A stretch of DNA of 64,000 nt, from IMG/VR virus record IMGVR_UViG_3300031957_001236; one strand, given 5' to 3'. The notes beneath the pieces are model-generated. The model worked only from the letters and a program-made list of their open reading frames with translations, was not told where the DNA came from and searched no databases. Below are positions 53,105 through 63,998 of the stretch, piece by piece (within the stretch, counting starts at the first letter, position 1; the number at the start of each line of letters is the position of its first letter). Both the position numbers and the translations under genes were made by a program. Source of the stretch: an uncultured virus (IMG/VR IMGVR_UViG_3300031957_001236) (lineage: Duplodnaviria; Heunggongvirae; Uroviricota; Caudoviricetes).

Positions 53105-56100
53105 CAGTTATAAAACTCCAATTCATTATATCTCTTATCAGTAAACCAAGTCGTATCGTTTTGATAAGAGGCTGGGTGTATTCTGTAGTTCATTCTACCA
53201 CCGCCACTAGTTCCGTAGAGATCCTCAGTCTCAGAGTTATCTCTAGACGATATTTGTTCAGAAACATATCTAAAGTGTCTGAATGCCCTTAGTATATTCT
53301 CAGGCGATATTGGGTATTGTACACTTACTTCGGTAACCATGTGACTACCAAGTTCAAGACCCTCCATACCTAAATCATCAGGAGATAACAAGTAGTCTTC
53401 TTTTTGAGAAAACTCTCCCACATACTTCGTGTTATCTATGAACACCTCTGTAGAGGTTGAGTCAGTTAGAAGATCCTCTGTTACCCAACGAGATTTTATG
53501 TAAGCATAAACCTTAGAGTAAAGCCTTGGCTTCTCTGGGGTTTGAATCACTGGAGAAGTAAAGGCGTAGGTAATCTTCTCTCCATCCAGAAGAATCTCCC
53601 CATCATCATTTACATACATCTTTGTTCCATTAGGAACTACTGACCCATCAGGCTTGTAGAAAATAACTGATGAAACGGTAGCGTCTTCTGCCTTGGAGAA
53701 GTTTGGTATCTCTACGACCTCGTTTGTTCTAGTGCAGTAGTTGAAATAGTTATCAACTATCTGCATACCTTTGTAGATCCAGTATTTTCTAGAGGTATCT
53801 GCCGTGTCAGACTCCGAGGAGTACATTGGGAATAGCTCTATCACATAACTCTGATCTAATCTATGCACTTGATTATGAGCTTGGAAGTAGCTTACTGGTA
53901 CTTTTACTGGTCTGTTCTTAGTGCTGAACTTTATCTTGTTAACCTTTATATTGCTAGTGTCTAGGGATAACAAGGATAGTTTTGCAGGCTCGCCTGATTC
54001 GTAGCAAGGTATTAAATTATCTATAAGGCTGTCCTGCTGCATATCGAAAGTATGAGCAAGCTCATTCTTGGTTCTAGATATGCCATTACGGTTTCCTGTT
54101 ATATAAGATGCATCATACATCTTCCAAGTTCCGTCTGGCATGTAGTTCCAGAATACTGTGTTACCATTAGCATCAGTTTCAGGAACAGTGTGAATCCAAA
54201 CACCTAATGACCCGCCTCCTATTCTGTTGCTGTATTCCTCAAGGAACTGAGAGCTTACCTCAAAGCTGAAATCATGCTCAGGAACTAGCTTGTTAACCCT
54301 AGGACCGTAAGTTCCTCTAAGCCCGTTATCTGGTCCTATATGATATCTTAATCGAGGCAACCCTTCAACGGATTTCATAGCTATGAGGTTCTTACCGACT
54401 AAGTGTGTAGGACCTCCTAAAATGCTCCTGTCAGATGATAGGTTAAAGCATGATATAGCATTGCGAGACCCTGATCTAGAATCTACAACCTCTACACCAC
54501 TTAGCATTCCAAAGCAGCGTCTTTCTGCATTAGTTCCTACATATAAGTCGTTTAGGGTATTACCGTCGTAAAAATCAACTAGACTTGCCGCAGATAAAGA
54601 GAAGACATTTTCATCAGACACAGAGCCTGATATTTTATTATAATCGTTATCGTATTCTGATCCTCTTATAGTTAGCTTTGCATTGTAAGCAAGGGGTCCA
54701 AATGCATGTGATATCACACTGAGTCCACCGTCTTCTAAAGAGTTTAGCTCTGAATCAGATACAGAGTGGAATCCTAGCTGCTTCAAGTAAGAATCGTATA
54801 GTCTATGGATTCCTGCAAACAAGCTCTTGCACCCTGGCTTGGTTTGTCCAAACTCAAAATCGTAATAGTTTGATATGGAATCCTCCCCTGTGTTGAGTAA
54901 GTAGTTGGTTAAGCTTTCAACGCTATCTCTAAAGGATGAAGTATCTAACAGTCGGCTATTCTGATCATAAATAGCTTTAGCTTTTGCTCTGGTCTTCTCC
55001 TCTAACAGTTTGTTAATTAGGATTACGACCTCTGACAAATTACTTCTGTCAACAAAGAAATGCTCTGCATCTTTTTCTATACTAGAGGTATTGGCGTAAG
55101 TCTGTGCGCCTCTTATCTCGTAGCAGGCTGAAGTCTCTACTCCGTTGTATATTGATGAGGAGTCTACTGTTTCACACTTGTCCCATACTCCGCTAACTGG
55201 AAATACAACGGGAGTATATTCGTATGAGCTTGGTTGCCATCCTAAAGGTAGGTACTCATACAAGGTATCGTCGGACTGATTTGGACTATAAGTTACTGTT
55301 GTTGACGAAACCCCGTTATAAAAACTGGGTTGGTTATACCCTGTTCTAGCGTACCACTCCCCCTTGGTTAAAGTCTTAGAGTGGTTTCTTCTGCGTACCG
55401 CCGTTCTTGGTGCCTCAGCGGTATAGGGTCCTGATGCGGTTAACGGGTTTGTAATAGTGTTAGCCTGACCGAAGATAATCTGCTCTCTTTTAAAGCAGGG
55501 CAAGTAACCATGGATAATATGAGTCTTGGTAGGATCCTCTACAAAGGAAGGAGTATAAATATCTCTACCCCTTAAACCTAAATCAGGATGCCTCATGTTC
55601 AAACTAGAAGCCTGCCAAGATGCAGCTAGTCCAGAAGGAGATTGAAGCTCGACAACAGCGTATTTAACCTTAGGGAAGAAATAATCTCCTGAAGATATTT
55701 GTTCGACTCCGCTTATATCAACATGTACTCTAGGTATAGACTTAGCGGGGCTGAAATCTTCTACTGAAGCTAGTGAGTTAGTAAAGTCGTATCGGTTATA
55801 GTTTGATGATTGGAAGAAATCCATATCAAACCCTCCACCCGATACCGTGAAATCAAAGTGAGAGGACTTAGCATTCCACATTGGAAGATACTTAAGTCTT
55901 CTCTTATCAAAGCTATTGATTATGTAATCGTGATTTGGTGGAGTGTTTAAAACATCCGTGAAGAACAGGAAGGTACTGTTATACTTCTTTATAGGTTGAT
56001 TACCAGATACTGTATTGCTAAGTACAAATGTCTTAAAAGTATCGACATATTGAGAGCTTACACCTAAGCACTTAAGCTCTTCTGAGAAGAAGTCTACTAA

Positions 56101-57690
56101 ATCCTCATTCAGATCACAGTCCGTATAGAACTTCTCCTCCTCCCAAGGTGGTATCTCAAAAGCTCTTCCTCTATAATTGAACCTGAAGCTTCTATCGTCT
56201 GGGTTGAACCTATAGCCTCTAATGTTGAAAAGGTCAGGGAATTTTCTTACTGCTCTTAGCAGTATGTGATCAACAGTATATCTTATATTAATCTCTAGGT
56301 TGGCTGGGTCATACTCTCCGTTATTAAACTCAAGAGATTTTCTGTGTGTCCAGGACTCTAAGCTATCAAACTGTGGTGAAGCCGTAGCTAGAAGATAGAA
56401 CATTAGCTGAGGAATATAAGACTCATAGAACTCAGATATAGCCTCCTGGAAATCTATACCCGTTCCTGGTAAAATGCTATTGATGAGTGCTATAAGCCCA
56501 TCCTTAGTACCTTTCTTCTTGTAAAGGTCTACAGCATTTCTTAGTTGTCTTCTCCAAGATGAAATGTCGTTGTTGTAAAACTTCCATCCAATGATGTCTG
56601 CTAAGTATGGAAGTAATTCTGGAGGACAGTCATCTATGGATTTCACAGATCTAAGTTTCTCGTTGTACTCATTTATGTCTGCGAACATGAAGGATACCGC
56701 CTTCATGAATCTAGAGAACGGGGCTAATCTACTTTCTGCATCAGGAGCTTGAGATGAATCGAAATACTCTTGAAGTAGATCTCTCATGTAAGTATCATCT
56801 CCAGATGAATACTTATTACCGTAAATTACATCAATTAGAGTAAGGTATCTATCAAGCTGTTGGCTTCCGCTAGTCCAAGTATCTACTCCAGAAGAATAGC
56901 TTGGGTGGATGTAGTAACCATACAAGGGGGTTCCGTAAATCCATTCTCCTCCGAACTGAACTCCTGATAAACTTCTACCATCTTGGTTATACCAAAGAAA
57001 CTTAAATACAGTTTTTATGGCATCATTTAAGGTTAGAGTCTGTCCCTGAAATAGCTTATCGCAATATAAATCAAGAAGGGCTGAAGAGGGGTCGTAGAAT
57101 TCGAGGGGGGTTGAGTCTGCTGCTCCGTATCCAGCAGGTTGATTTAAATAATAAAACCACGATAGCGTATCTGATAAATAGTCATGAGTTCCTTGATGAG
57201 TATTTGAAAATGCGCTGGAGGTGGTATCGTCTAAATCAACTAAAACGGGAGGTCTTTTTGATCTAACCCCGAATGCAGGAATGGTTGGTAGAAAGGTTCC
57301 TGAAAGGTAACTTTTAAACTCTTCTGATGTTGAGAAATCAGAAAAAGACTTGCCTACCTTATTAAGTATTTTTAGCTCGAAGTCCCTCGGAGAAAGCTCT
57401 GTTAAATTATTCTGGGGCACGAACAGTGCGGCCAATCCTGAAAAGGTATTTAGATCAAAGTTACCTGCATCAAAGGTGCTTGAAAAGTTTATAGGTCTTC
57501 TACCAATAGACTTGTCGTAACTAGGGTTTGATTGAATACAAGCATTTATGAGGTTAATTATTCCTGCGCTAACCTTGTCTATAGGATTTGTTTCAAACCC
57601 ACTTAAATCAATATCCCTCTCCTTGTAAATAGAAGGAGTTAGAATATCAACTATCTCGTCATAGTTTCTTTTGAAGTAGCGATTAGACAT
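53104..57690 (-). CDS. Baseplate wedge protein, gp7/P2 gpI-like
   Basis: IDDCPPELLPYLADIIGW...RRQLRNAVDLYKKKGT; follows the gp6-like gene. Confidence 0.75.
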   Translation of the reverse strand: MSNRYFKRNYDEIVDILTPSIYKERDIDLSGFETNPIDKVSAGIINLINACIQSNPSYDKSIGRRPINFSSTFDAGNFDLNTFSGLAALFVPQNNLTELSPRDFELKILNKVGKSFSDFSTSEEFKSYLSGTFLPTIPAFGVRSKRPPVLVDLDDTTSSAFSNTHQGTHDYLSDTLSWFYYLNQPAGYGAADSTPLEFYDPSSALLDLYCDKLFQGQTLTLNDAIKTVFKFLWYNQDGRSLSGVQFGGEWIYGTPLYGYYIHPSYSSGVDTWTSGSQQLDRYLTLIDVIYGNKYSSGDDTYMRDLLQEYFDSSQAPDAESRLAPFSRFMKAVSFMFADINEYNEKLRSVKSIDDCPPELLPYLADIIGWKFYNNDISSWRRQLRNAVDLYKKKGTKDGLIALINSILPGTGIDFQEAISEFYESYIPQLMFYLLATASPQFDSLESWTHRKSLEFNNGEYDPANLEINIRYTVDHILLRAVRKFPDLFNIRGYRFNPDDRSFRFNYRGRAFEIPPWEEEKFYTDCDLNEDLVDFFSEELKCLGVSSQYVDTFKTFVLSNTVSGNQPIKKYNSTFLFFTDVLNTPPNHDYIINSFDKRRLKYLPMWNAKSSHFDFTVSGGGFDMDFFQSSNYNRYDFTNSLASVEDFSPAKSIPRVHVDISGVEQISSGDYFFPKVKYAVVELQSPSGLAASWQASSLNMRHPDLGLRGRDIYTPSFVEDPTKTHIIHGYLPCFKREQIIFGQANTITNPLTASGPYTAEAPRTAVRRRNHSKTLTKGEWYARTGYNQPSFYNGVSSTTVTYSPNQSDDTLYEYLPLGWQPSSYEYTPVVFPVSGVWDKCETVDSSSIYNGVETSACYEIRGAQTYANTSSIEKDAEHFFVDRSNLSEVVILINKLLEEKTRAKAKAIYDQNSRLLDTSSFRDSVESLTNYLLNTGEDSISNYYDFEFGQTKPGCKSLFAGIHRLYDSYLKQLGFHSVSDSELNSLEDGGLSVISHAFGPLAYNAKLTIRGSEYDNDYNKISGSVSDENVFSLSAASLVDFYDGNTLNDLYVGTNAERRCFGMLSGVEVVDSRSGSRNAISCFNLSSDRSILGGPTHLVGKNLIAMKSVEGLPRLRYHIGPDNGLRGTYGPRVNKLVPEHDFSFEVSSQFLEEYSNRIGGGSLGVWIHTVPETDANGNTVFWNYMPDGTWKMYDASYITGNRNGISRTKNELAHTFDMQQDSLIDNLIPCYESGEPAKLSLLSLDTSNIKVNKIKFSTKNRPVKVPVSYFQAHNQVHRLDQSYVIELFPMYSSESDTADTSRKYWIYKGMQIVDNYFNYCTRTNEVVEIPNFSKAEDATVSSVIFYKPDGSVVPNGTKMYVNDDGEILLDGEKITYAFTSPVIQTPEKPRLYSKVYAYIKSRWVTEDLLTDSTSTEVFIDNTKYVGEFSQKEDYLLSPDDLGMEGLELGSHMVTEVSVQYPISPENILRAFRHFRYVSEQISSRDNSETEDLYGTSGGGRMNYRIHPASYQNDTTWFTDKRYNELEFYN

Positions 57691-59254
57691 ATTCTATATT
57701 TATAACAAGGTTGTTTAGCTGAAGAATCTCATTGAACTCCAGTCGAATATCGTTATCAAGGTTGTCTACTCGACAGACACGAACTTCGTCTACATTATCG
57801 AAGACTGCTCTGTTTATATCTGCAAGAAGGACTCGCTCACCAAACTCTCTGTTGTCAACATTGAAGAAGTTGCTTACCTCGGTTGAAGCTTTTCTGATAA
57901 TCTCACCCTCCTTTGGCTTGAACTTATCAGATACAGAAATTGTAACAACAAGATCTAAAGTTCTAATAAGACCATCGACTAGTACGATCTCATCAGTTAG
58001 CATCTTCTTTCCTTCAACGGCTTCAAGGAATGCATTCTTAAATGCAATAGATGCTTTCTGTAGTTGATTAGTCGATGCCTTCTCAAGTATGAATAGGTCA
58101 ACGATGTTAGCTGATGAGTAGGATTTTCGTGCGGAGGCTGTTGCTTTGGCTGATGAACCAGTAGGTCCTACGAATCTGGCTGCGAAGGACTTGTAATCAT
58201 CTAAAGAAACTAGTCTGTCCTGAGTTCTGAAGTTAAGGGGTCCGTACTTCTTAGCCTTATCAACAGTTTCAGCCTCGGCTCCACCCGTTATGGATTGAAT
58301 GTTTTCTATCTGAATTTGTTTTCCACCCGTTGCTCTTGTAGAAGTATTGATATAGCTTCTAGGAACATTACCTCTTGAACCCCCACCAACTCTGTAAGTT
58401 ACTACATAATCAGAACTGTTTGGAGGAATTACTCCGTTTGTACCGTCTCCAAATATTACAGTAGCACGATAGTCATCATCGTATCGTATTGAGAAGATCT
58501 TCTGATCTGTAGAAGATGCAGCGTACAGGCTTTCTACTTCAACATATACTCCACTTGTAGTTGTATCGTCAGAGTTTATGAAAACTTGAACACTTCCTTC
58601 AATAACAGGACCCTCAGTCAGACCTATCTCCTTTACATTGTCCACCTCATTGAAAGGTCCTGCTTCCCTTGCGAAACTGCCTTCCAGTAGTGCAAGGTTT
58701 GTCCATACGCCAGGAGCGTCTGCATCGGCGTTCTCTAAAGATATACTTGAATCAGACTTAGGATCGTCTAGTAGACCGTTTGTTATGGTGTATAGTGTAT
58801 ATGTTACTGGCTGACCGTCATCGGGAGAAGTAACAGTAATGACCCTGTTCTGTGGTGGAATGGTGTAGTCCGCTGGAGTATCCACAGTAGCTCTTGCCCC
58901 TCCTGCCCCAGCTACAGGACCTCTTAATCTAATACCTATAAGCTCCAGCAGCTTCCTTACATTAACTCTATCCTTAGCTGTCTTAATGAATGATTCATGA
59001 GCCAACATGTCGCTCTTGTAAGACATGACACTTCCCATATAAGCTACTAGCTCTATGAACATCATACCGAGATCGGACTCTTCAAAGTTATTGTAATCGT
59101 TAGGATAAACTGCCTTTACATAATCAATAAGAGCCTCTCTAAGAGTTGCGAAGTCTGTGGCCGTAAAGTCTACTAAATCTCCTCTGTACTCCTCGTCTAC
59201 GGGAGATACTTTTAAGAAGTCTGACTTGGCTGTTGTATATGGGATATTACTCAT
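57683..59254 (-). CDS. Baseplate wedge protein, gp6/baseplate J-like
   Basis: DFTATDF...YNNFEESDLGMMFIELVAY, IFGDGTNGVIPP, YRVGGGSRGN, GGAEAET, QDRLVSLDDY. Confidence 0.92.
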   Translation of the reverse strand: MSNIPYTTAKSDFLKVSPVDEEYRGDLVDFTATDFATLREALIDYVKAVYPNDYNNFEESDLGMMFIELVAYMGSVMSYKSDMLAHESFIKTAKDRVNVRKLLELIGIRLRGPVAGAGGARATVDTPADYTIPPQNRVITVTSPDDGQPVTYTLYTITNGLLDDPKSDSSISLENADADAPGVWTNLALLEGSFAREAGPFNEVDNVKEIGLTEGPVIEGSVQVFINSDDTTTSGVYVEVESLYAASSTDQKIFSIRYDDDYRATVIFGDGTNGVIPPNSSDYVVTYRVGGGSRGNVPRSYINTSTRATGGKQIQIENIQSITGGAEAETVDKAKKYGPLNFRTQDRLVSLDDYKSFAARFVGPTGSSAKATASARKSYSSANIVDLFILEKASTNQLQKASIAFKNAFLEAVEGKKMLTDEIVLVDGLIRTLDLVVTISVSDKFKPKEGEIIRKASTEVSNFFNVDNREFGERVLLADINRAVFDNVDEVRVCRVDNLDNDIRLEFNEILQLNNLVINIEYV

Positions 59255-59691
59255 AGTGTTACCTGCACATCCGCTATGGCGTTAGTGCCCGTATCTACAA
59301 CGGACAGTTTTATTAAGATACCTGAAAGACCAGAATACTTAACCGTGTCTACAGGATTCACTTTCAATTCTAAAATCCTAATAGAGGGTAGGTAATTTTC
59401 AATGCTCGTTACGATGTCGAACTCAATCTGGTTTATGGCGTCTTCGTTGTAAGGATCAAAAAGGAACCTTCGTATACCTATTCCGAAGTTAGGAAGCATC
59501 ACCCTCTCACCTCTATCCGTCAGAAGAAGCTGTGTTATCTGAGACTTGAGAAGGGCAGACCCGTACTCACTGGTCACATAGTTTTTAGTATTTTTTCCAA
59601 AGGGATAGCCTACGCCTAGAACCTTGTCGCTGTTAACAAGAGTTACAGACTTGTCTACCTCCCTACTAGGCTGTGAACCGAACAGTACCAT
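59251..59691 (-). CDS. Baseplate wedge subunit, gp25/GPW-like
   Basis: LLLTDRGERVMLPNFG.GIRRFLFDP. Confidence 0.92.
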   Translation of the reverse strand: MVLFGSQPSREVDKSVTLVNSDKVLGVGYPFGKNTKNYVTSEYGSALLKSQITQLLLTDRGERVMLPNFGIGIRRFLFDPYNEDAINQIEFDIVTSIENYLPSIRILELKVNPVDTVKYSGLSGILIKLSVVDTGTNAIADVQVTL

Positions 59692-62396
59692 CAGACATCA
59701 ATATCCTCGAAGAATCCTTTGTGAGCTATGTAGTTTTTATAAGCTTCACTTATATTTAGAGGCTTACTATAAACTTTAAAACTTCCGATGTGGCCTGTCA
59801 ATCCGCTGTAGAAACCGTGGCCTGTAGACATGAATCCACCAGAGCTTGTGTCTACAGGAATGCCGTCAGTCCACCCCCCACCAACAATCCAAGGAGTGAA
59901 GAACACATCATTAACTGGGCCGTTGGCTAGGTCTGAGGTCTGTGCGTTAACAAGCTTTGTCCTATCGTAGAAAAAGCTTGGGTTGTCTGAATCTATAGGT
60001 GATATGAAGGTAGGGATTCTTGCTGGTTCCTTTTCAGGTGTTCCGAAGACCTCGCTATAAGACTTGGATGAAAGAAGTTCTCCATTCAAGAATACTGATA
60101 TGAGATCGTTTCTCACATCCATGGATACGGATAAGTGTTGGAAATCACCAGATAGATCAAGTAGTTTGTAACCGCTAGAAGTGGTTGCTGTGACATCTAT
60201 CGACATACTAAGGTATGTATTAACTTGATTATCACAGTCCCCTGATCTAATAAACTCAACATCGGTTCCATTGATAGACTGAGTTGGAGCAATAAAGAAG
60301 CTTACAGAGCTTGTTGTTGAGGACGCATCTATACCTAAAGTAGAACCGGGGTTTAGATCAGTTCCCCTAGCCTGAACAGATTGCTGGGTTATTTGTGGGT
60401 CTCTTGTGAAACCCATAAGCATACCTTTAACAGTCTTAGTTCCAAACTGGTTTGATTGTGTCTCTGCGTTTCCTGTGAACGAGCCTCCTATGTTTTCGTT
60501 AGCAAGTATTATCTTGTAGAAATTGAAATCAGTCCAACTTGCGTCCGAAGCCTGAAGGTTCATGTCGGAGGAGGCGTCAGTTCTTTCAAAGAAGTTTGAG
60601 GAACCACAGAAGTTTGGCATGTGAAGCCACATATCAAAAGAACAACCGGAAGTGTTGTACATGAGGTTCTGCATCTCCGGTGTCTGTGGTAACCTTAGAT
60701 AAGATCCTAGTCCTGAAGGAGCAAAGGTTCCCACTGAATCATTTAAGTAGGTATACCGCACTATACCGTCTAGCTTTGGAATAGAAAGACCACTGACAAA
60801 TACTGACTGTAAGCTCTTTCCTACTAGCTGCGCGTTGTTGTAGCCACCCTCTGTGTAATCGTTTAGAATACTGAACTCGGTTGAGCTAGGCTTCTCTACA
60901 TCAGGAACTAAGAAAGAGTAACAAGCTATCAATGCCTTCGTCGTAATATCATCCGTAATAGTTAAAGCAGGTGATGTTGTAGAGGATACCTCGTTCAAGT
61001 CTACGATAGACCCTGTACCTATATCTGCTACTTCGATTGGATCAATTATTGTTCTTCTGTTAGCGTCTGTAGCTCTTACGAAGGTTGGTCTAAGAGGAAG
61101 GATAATATCATCAACCTCTCCGTGATCAAAGGTCAGTATGCGCTGCTTCTGAATTGATATGTTAAGGTTTATATTACCTAGGTAGGAGAAGTCGTTAACT
61201 GGAACTTCCCCAGGTCTAAAGAAGTTCTGTGTTCCAAACAGGTCCTGAGACTTTACCGCAATCTCTATCTGCTTCTTCCTCTTGTTTATCTTTCTATCGT
61301 ATTCGTCTAGAGTGCTAAACAGTTGTTGTTTTATGTTTATGATTAAGGCCGAGTCCTCTGTGTATCCCGAAGCTTCTAGTTTCTGTCTTTGTTTTTTAAG
61401 CTCATGGACTGCGACATTCTTCTGACCAAAGAGGGTGGTTAGGAAGGTGTCCTTATCGTAATACTTCTTTAGATTGTCAGAGTCATCAATTTGATTAACA
61501 TCTAAAATCGTATCAAAGTATCTCTCAAGTTCCTTAATCGAGAATGAGGTTCCCTTTCCTCCTAGGTTTGCTGGGTGCTCAAGCCTCCACTTGCTAGGGT
61601 CTGGGACGAATCCTATATCAGCTTCTGACGGTAAAGAACCTCCTTGATATCTCTTGCCCTGGCTATCGTAATACAGCCCGTCCTCTGACAAGAGGTACTG
61701 CCCTGATTTGGACTTAGGAGGCCCGTAGACGAGCCTGAAGATGGGTTCGGGCTCTCCGTCATCTCCTACGGCAGAAGTCGTTATACCGTTCAGTACAGGC
61801 TCTCTGGTGGGATCAGAGACACGCTCCCGAATGATCTCATCAATGTTCGTCAGTTGATTGTTTACGCTTTCAATATAGTTTAAAGCGTTCTGTATTTCAG
61901 ACTTGGCTACAATCAGAGAAACCGTAGTAGGATACTTAGGTCCAGAGTTATCGTTGCCCTTGTCGAGCCACTGTTCTACTTGACCAATACAGTCCTCAAT
62001 CTGCTGTATGAACTCTTCGGCTACTTGATAGTTCTCCCATAAGGCAGCACCCGCCCCAGCCAAAGCTCCAAGGAACTCCCCTATCTCCCCTAGGAAATCA
62101 AGCTCACCATTCTCTATACCATTCTTGGAAGATCCTGATAAAAACACTAGCTTACCTGTAGTAGTGTCGAACTCTACGATTCCAGTATCTCTGAATAGTT
62201 TCTTTACAGCAGTAGCCATGGCTGCTTGAGCAGCAGCCTTGCCTTTAATCAAACCCTGAGAGAACCCACCTAGCATAGAGGTTGGCAGTAAACTTAATAT
62301 TTCCTTACTGAAATCGACCAAACACTTAGGCGCACCATACTGCATACCTAGTTCACCCAGAGGGTCATTCAGTAGATTTGGATTAAATTTAACCAT
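59691..62396 (-). CDS. Large structural protein with helical N-terminus and LamG-like C-terminus
   Basis: SFDMWLH...FQHLSVS...VFLNG...GHIGSFKVYSKPL; between the gp5-like and gp25 genes. Confidence 0.55.
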   Translation of the reverse strand: MVKFNPNLLNDPLGELGMQYGAPKCLVDFSKEILSLLPTSMLGGFSQGLIKGKAAAQAAMATAVKKLFRDTGIVEFDTTTGKLVFLSGSSKNGIENGELDFLGEIGEFLGALAGAGAALWENYQVAEEFIQQIEDCIGQVEQWLDKGNDNSGPKYPTTVSLIVAKSEIQNALNYIESVNNQLTNIDEIIRERVSDPTREPVLNGITTSAVGDDGEPEPIFRLVYGPPKSKSGQYLLSEDGLYYDSQGKRYQGGSLPSEADIGFVPDPSKWRLEHPANLGGKGTSFSIKELERYFDTILDVNQIDDSDNLKKYYDKDTFLTTLFGQKNVAVHELKKQRQKLEASGYTEDSALIINIKQQLFSTLDEYDRKINKRKKQIEIAVKSQDLFGTQNFFRPGEVPVNDFSYLGNINLNISIQKQRILTFDHGEVDDIILPLRPTFVRATDANRRTIIDPIEVADIGTGSIVDLNEVSSTTSPALTITDDITTKALIACYSFLVPDVEKPSSTEFSILNDYTEGGYNNAQLVGKSLQSVFVSGLSIPKLDGIVRYTYLNDSVGTFAPSGLGSYLRLPQTPEMQNLMYNTSGCSFDMWLHMPNFCGSSNFFERTDASSDMNLQASDASWTDFNFYKIILANENIGGSFTGNAETQSNQFGTKTVKGMLMGFTRDPQITQQSVQARGTDLNPGSTLGIDASSTTSSVSFFIAPTQSINGTDVEFIRSGDCDNQVNTYLSMSIDVTATTSSGYKLLDLSGDFQHLSVSMDVRNDLISVFLNGELLSSKSYSEVFGTPEKEPARIPTFISPIDSDNPSFFYDRTKLVNAQTSDLANGPVNDVFFTPWIVGGGWTDGIPVDTSSGGFMSTGHGFYSGLTGHIGSFKVYSKPLNISEAYKNYIAHKGFFEDIDV

Positions 62397-63420
62397 TAGA
62401 TAATGCTCTCTCTTCGTCGTTAGTTAGCTCTGGTGAAGGAACAGCCACAGTTCCAGGAGGGCCTGGATTGAGGTTTATCTTCGCCCCTTCAATATTTACA
62501 TCTCCAGCAGCGGCAATGTTAATGTTCTGGCCGGATTGCAGGTTTATATCTTTCTCCGCGTTTACATTAACGGAACCGTTTGTTCGTAATTGAATGATTG
62601 AGTCAGGTCCGTCTGCTACAAGAAGTATCCTTGAATCCTCAGCGTTAACCTTTATCACGATATCGTTGTGATAACTCTCCATGTTAATCTGTCCGCAGGC
62701 ATTATCTTCATCCGAATCCTTCATAACATCCTTGCGAGATCTGTTATAAATGTCGATTCTCCTGCCTCCGTCTAAACAAACATGAATAGATCCTTCTAGA
62801 GATAGAAGATCTATGTTCCTTGTAACATTCAACTCAGCAGACTCAGGACCCATAAGCCCTTCATACTGATCCCCTGTCAGCTTTAGCTTATCAAAGCCAT
62901 TGTTGTTGTATAAACCAATGGAATCATTCTGTCCATTGTCAGCGATTATCATCCTGTGATCCGTTGCACCCTTTACTGATACAAACCTTTCATCGTCTGA
63001 CTCGTTTCTCTTTGAAGATATTTCAACACCGTTTCCGTCACGGTTATAAAGCCCTATGCTATCCGGGCTGATCGTATGAGAATAAGGGTCAGTCTGCCCG
63101 AAGTATGGAATGTGATCAGTTAAAGGAGTTTCCTTTATAATCTTATTCTCTAGCTCCTGTTCACTATCAACAACTGTGCTTAGGTAGATCCAATCATCCG
63201 CGTTCGCTGGCTTAATTATGACTACTAGATCCGTTTCTTTTGGAATAGCGATCAAACCACCCGATGAATATTTAACAGGACTAGAATACTTAACATCAAC
63301 AATATCGTTGGAATCAGCAAGTGCTACCTGGAAAGTTCCCGCGCTTCGACCATCAACATTATTAACAACATGACCCACCTTAGCTTGAAAAGAGCCTTTA
63401 TGTAAATCCTTATATTTCAT
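62389..63420 (-). CDS. Baseplate central spike, gp5/VgrG-tip-like, no lysozyme domain
   Basis: OB-fold-like GGLIAIPKETDLVVI; C-terminal beta repeats VNVNAEKDINLQSGQNINIAAAGDVNIEGAKINLN. Confidence 0.75.
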   Translation of the reverse strand: MKYKDLHKGSFQAKVGHVVNNVDGRSAGTFQVALADSNDIVDVKYSSPVKYSSGGLIAIPKETDLVVIIKPANADDWIYLSTVVDSEQELENKIIKETPLTDHIPYFGQTDPYSHTISPDSIGLYNRDGNGVEISSKRNESDDERFVSVKGATDHRMIIADNGQNDSIGLYNNNGFDKLKLTGDQYEGLMGPESAELNVTRNIDLLSLEGSIHVCLDGGRRIDIYNRSRKDVMKDSDEDNACGQINMESYHNDIVIKVNAEDSRILLVADGPDSIIQLRTNGSVNVNAEKDINLQSGQNINIAAAGDVNIEGAKINLNPGPPGTVAVPSPELTNDEERALSNG

Positions 63421-63998
63421 TATTTAAGATCCCTTGAGAATACATTTGAGGTGGTAGAGTCTTTTATAATCGTGAACTCTGAGTACGCATCAGACTCTCC
63501 TATAACATGCTTAAACCCTACAAATCTCCAGAATCCGCTGTAAATGCTGTTAACCCTATCGTCATCTGCTACCATCTCTACACCATGGCGATTCTTTAGA
63601 AATAAACAAAAATCATTTATCAAATCTATTTCTGATAAATTATAGTATGGCAAAGTTCTAATAGAAGCTTTGTAAGGTTTTGAAAAAAGCTCATAGAAGT
63701 TGTCCATATAACTTGCTAAAGTTACAGAGGGCGCGGATTCAGAGACATAAGTTAATCCTATGAAAGCGGGGTCAGTTAAGTGATAAAATAACTCTTCTGA
63801 TAATTTATCCTCGTCGGTCATTTGAACTCCTAACTTATTTGCTATCTGAGATATTCTTGCCTTGTCTTTAAATAAATCAGAAACATACTTCTTTATGTCT
63901 TCCTGTTTCAACTGCTCTTCATTAGTATCAGAAGCATCTAATAAGAAGTAAACTAATTGTCTTATGGTGCTGCTATAAGTGCTTAGTAAGATACCTTG
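63420..63998 (-). CDS. Partial ORF (C-terminus), possibly baseplate hub protein
   Basis: Frame stays open from the track start (63911) to the window edge; ends YSGFWRFVGFKHVI...SEFTIIK, resembling hub C-termini; directly upstream of the spike gene. Confidence 0.55.
   Translation of the reverse strand, partial: QGILLSTYSSTIRQLVYFLLDASDTNEEQLKQEDIKKYVSDLFKDKARISQIANKLGVQMTDEDKLSEELFYHLTDPAFIGLTYVSESAPSVTLASYMDNFYELFSKPYKASIRTLPYYNLSEIDLINDFCLFLKNRHGVEMVADDDRVNSIYSGFWRFVGFKHVIGESDAYSEFTIIKDSTTSNVFSRDLK

Noticed and set aside
1015..58067. Numerous plus-strand ORFs in the track (e.g. 6545..7057, 9845..10378, 36297..36878, 57732..58067)
   Set aside because: They lie antisense to well-supported minus-strand genes and have no recognisable motifs; treated as shadow ORFs. 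Only 24228..24578 and 25207..25731 were accepted on the plus strand
38219..63420. Type VI secretion or eCIS locus (PAAR, spike, gp25, baseplate J)
   Set aside because: Linked to capsid, protease, neck and replication genes, so these are phage tail genes
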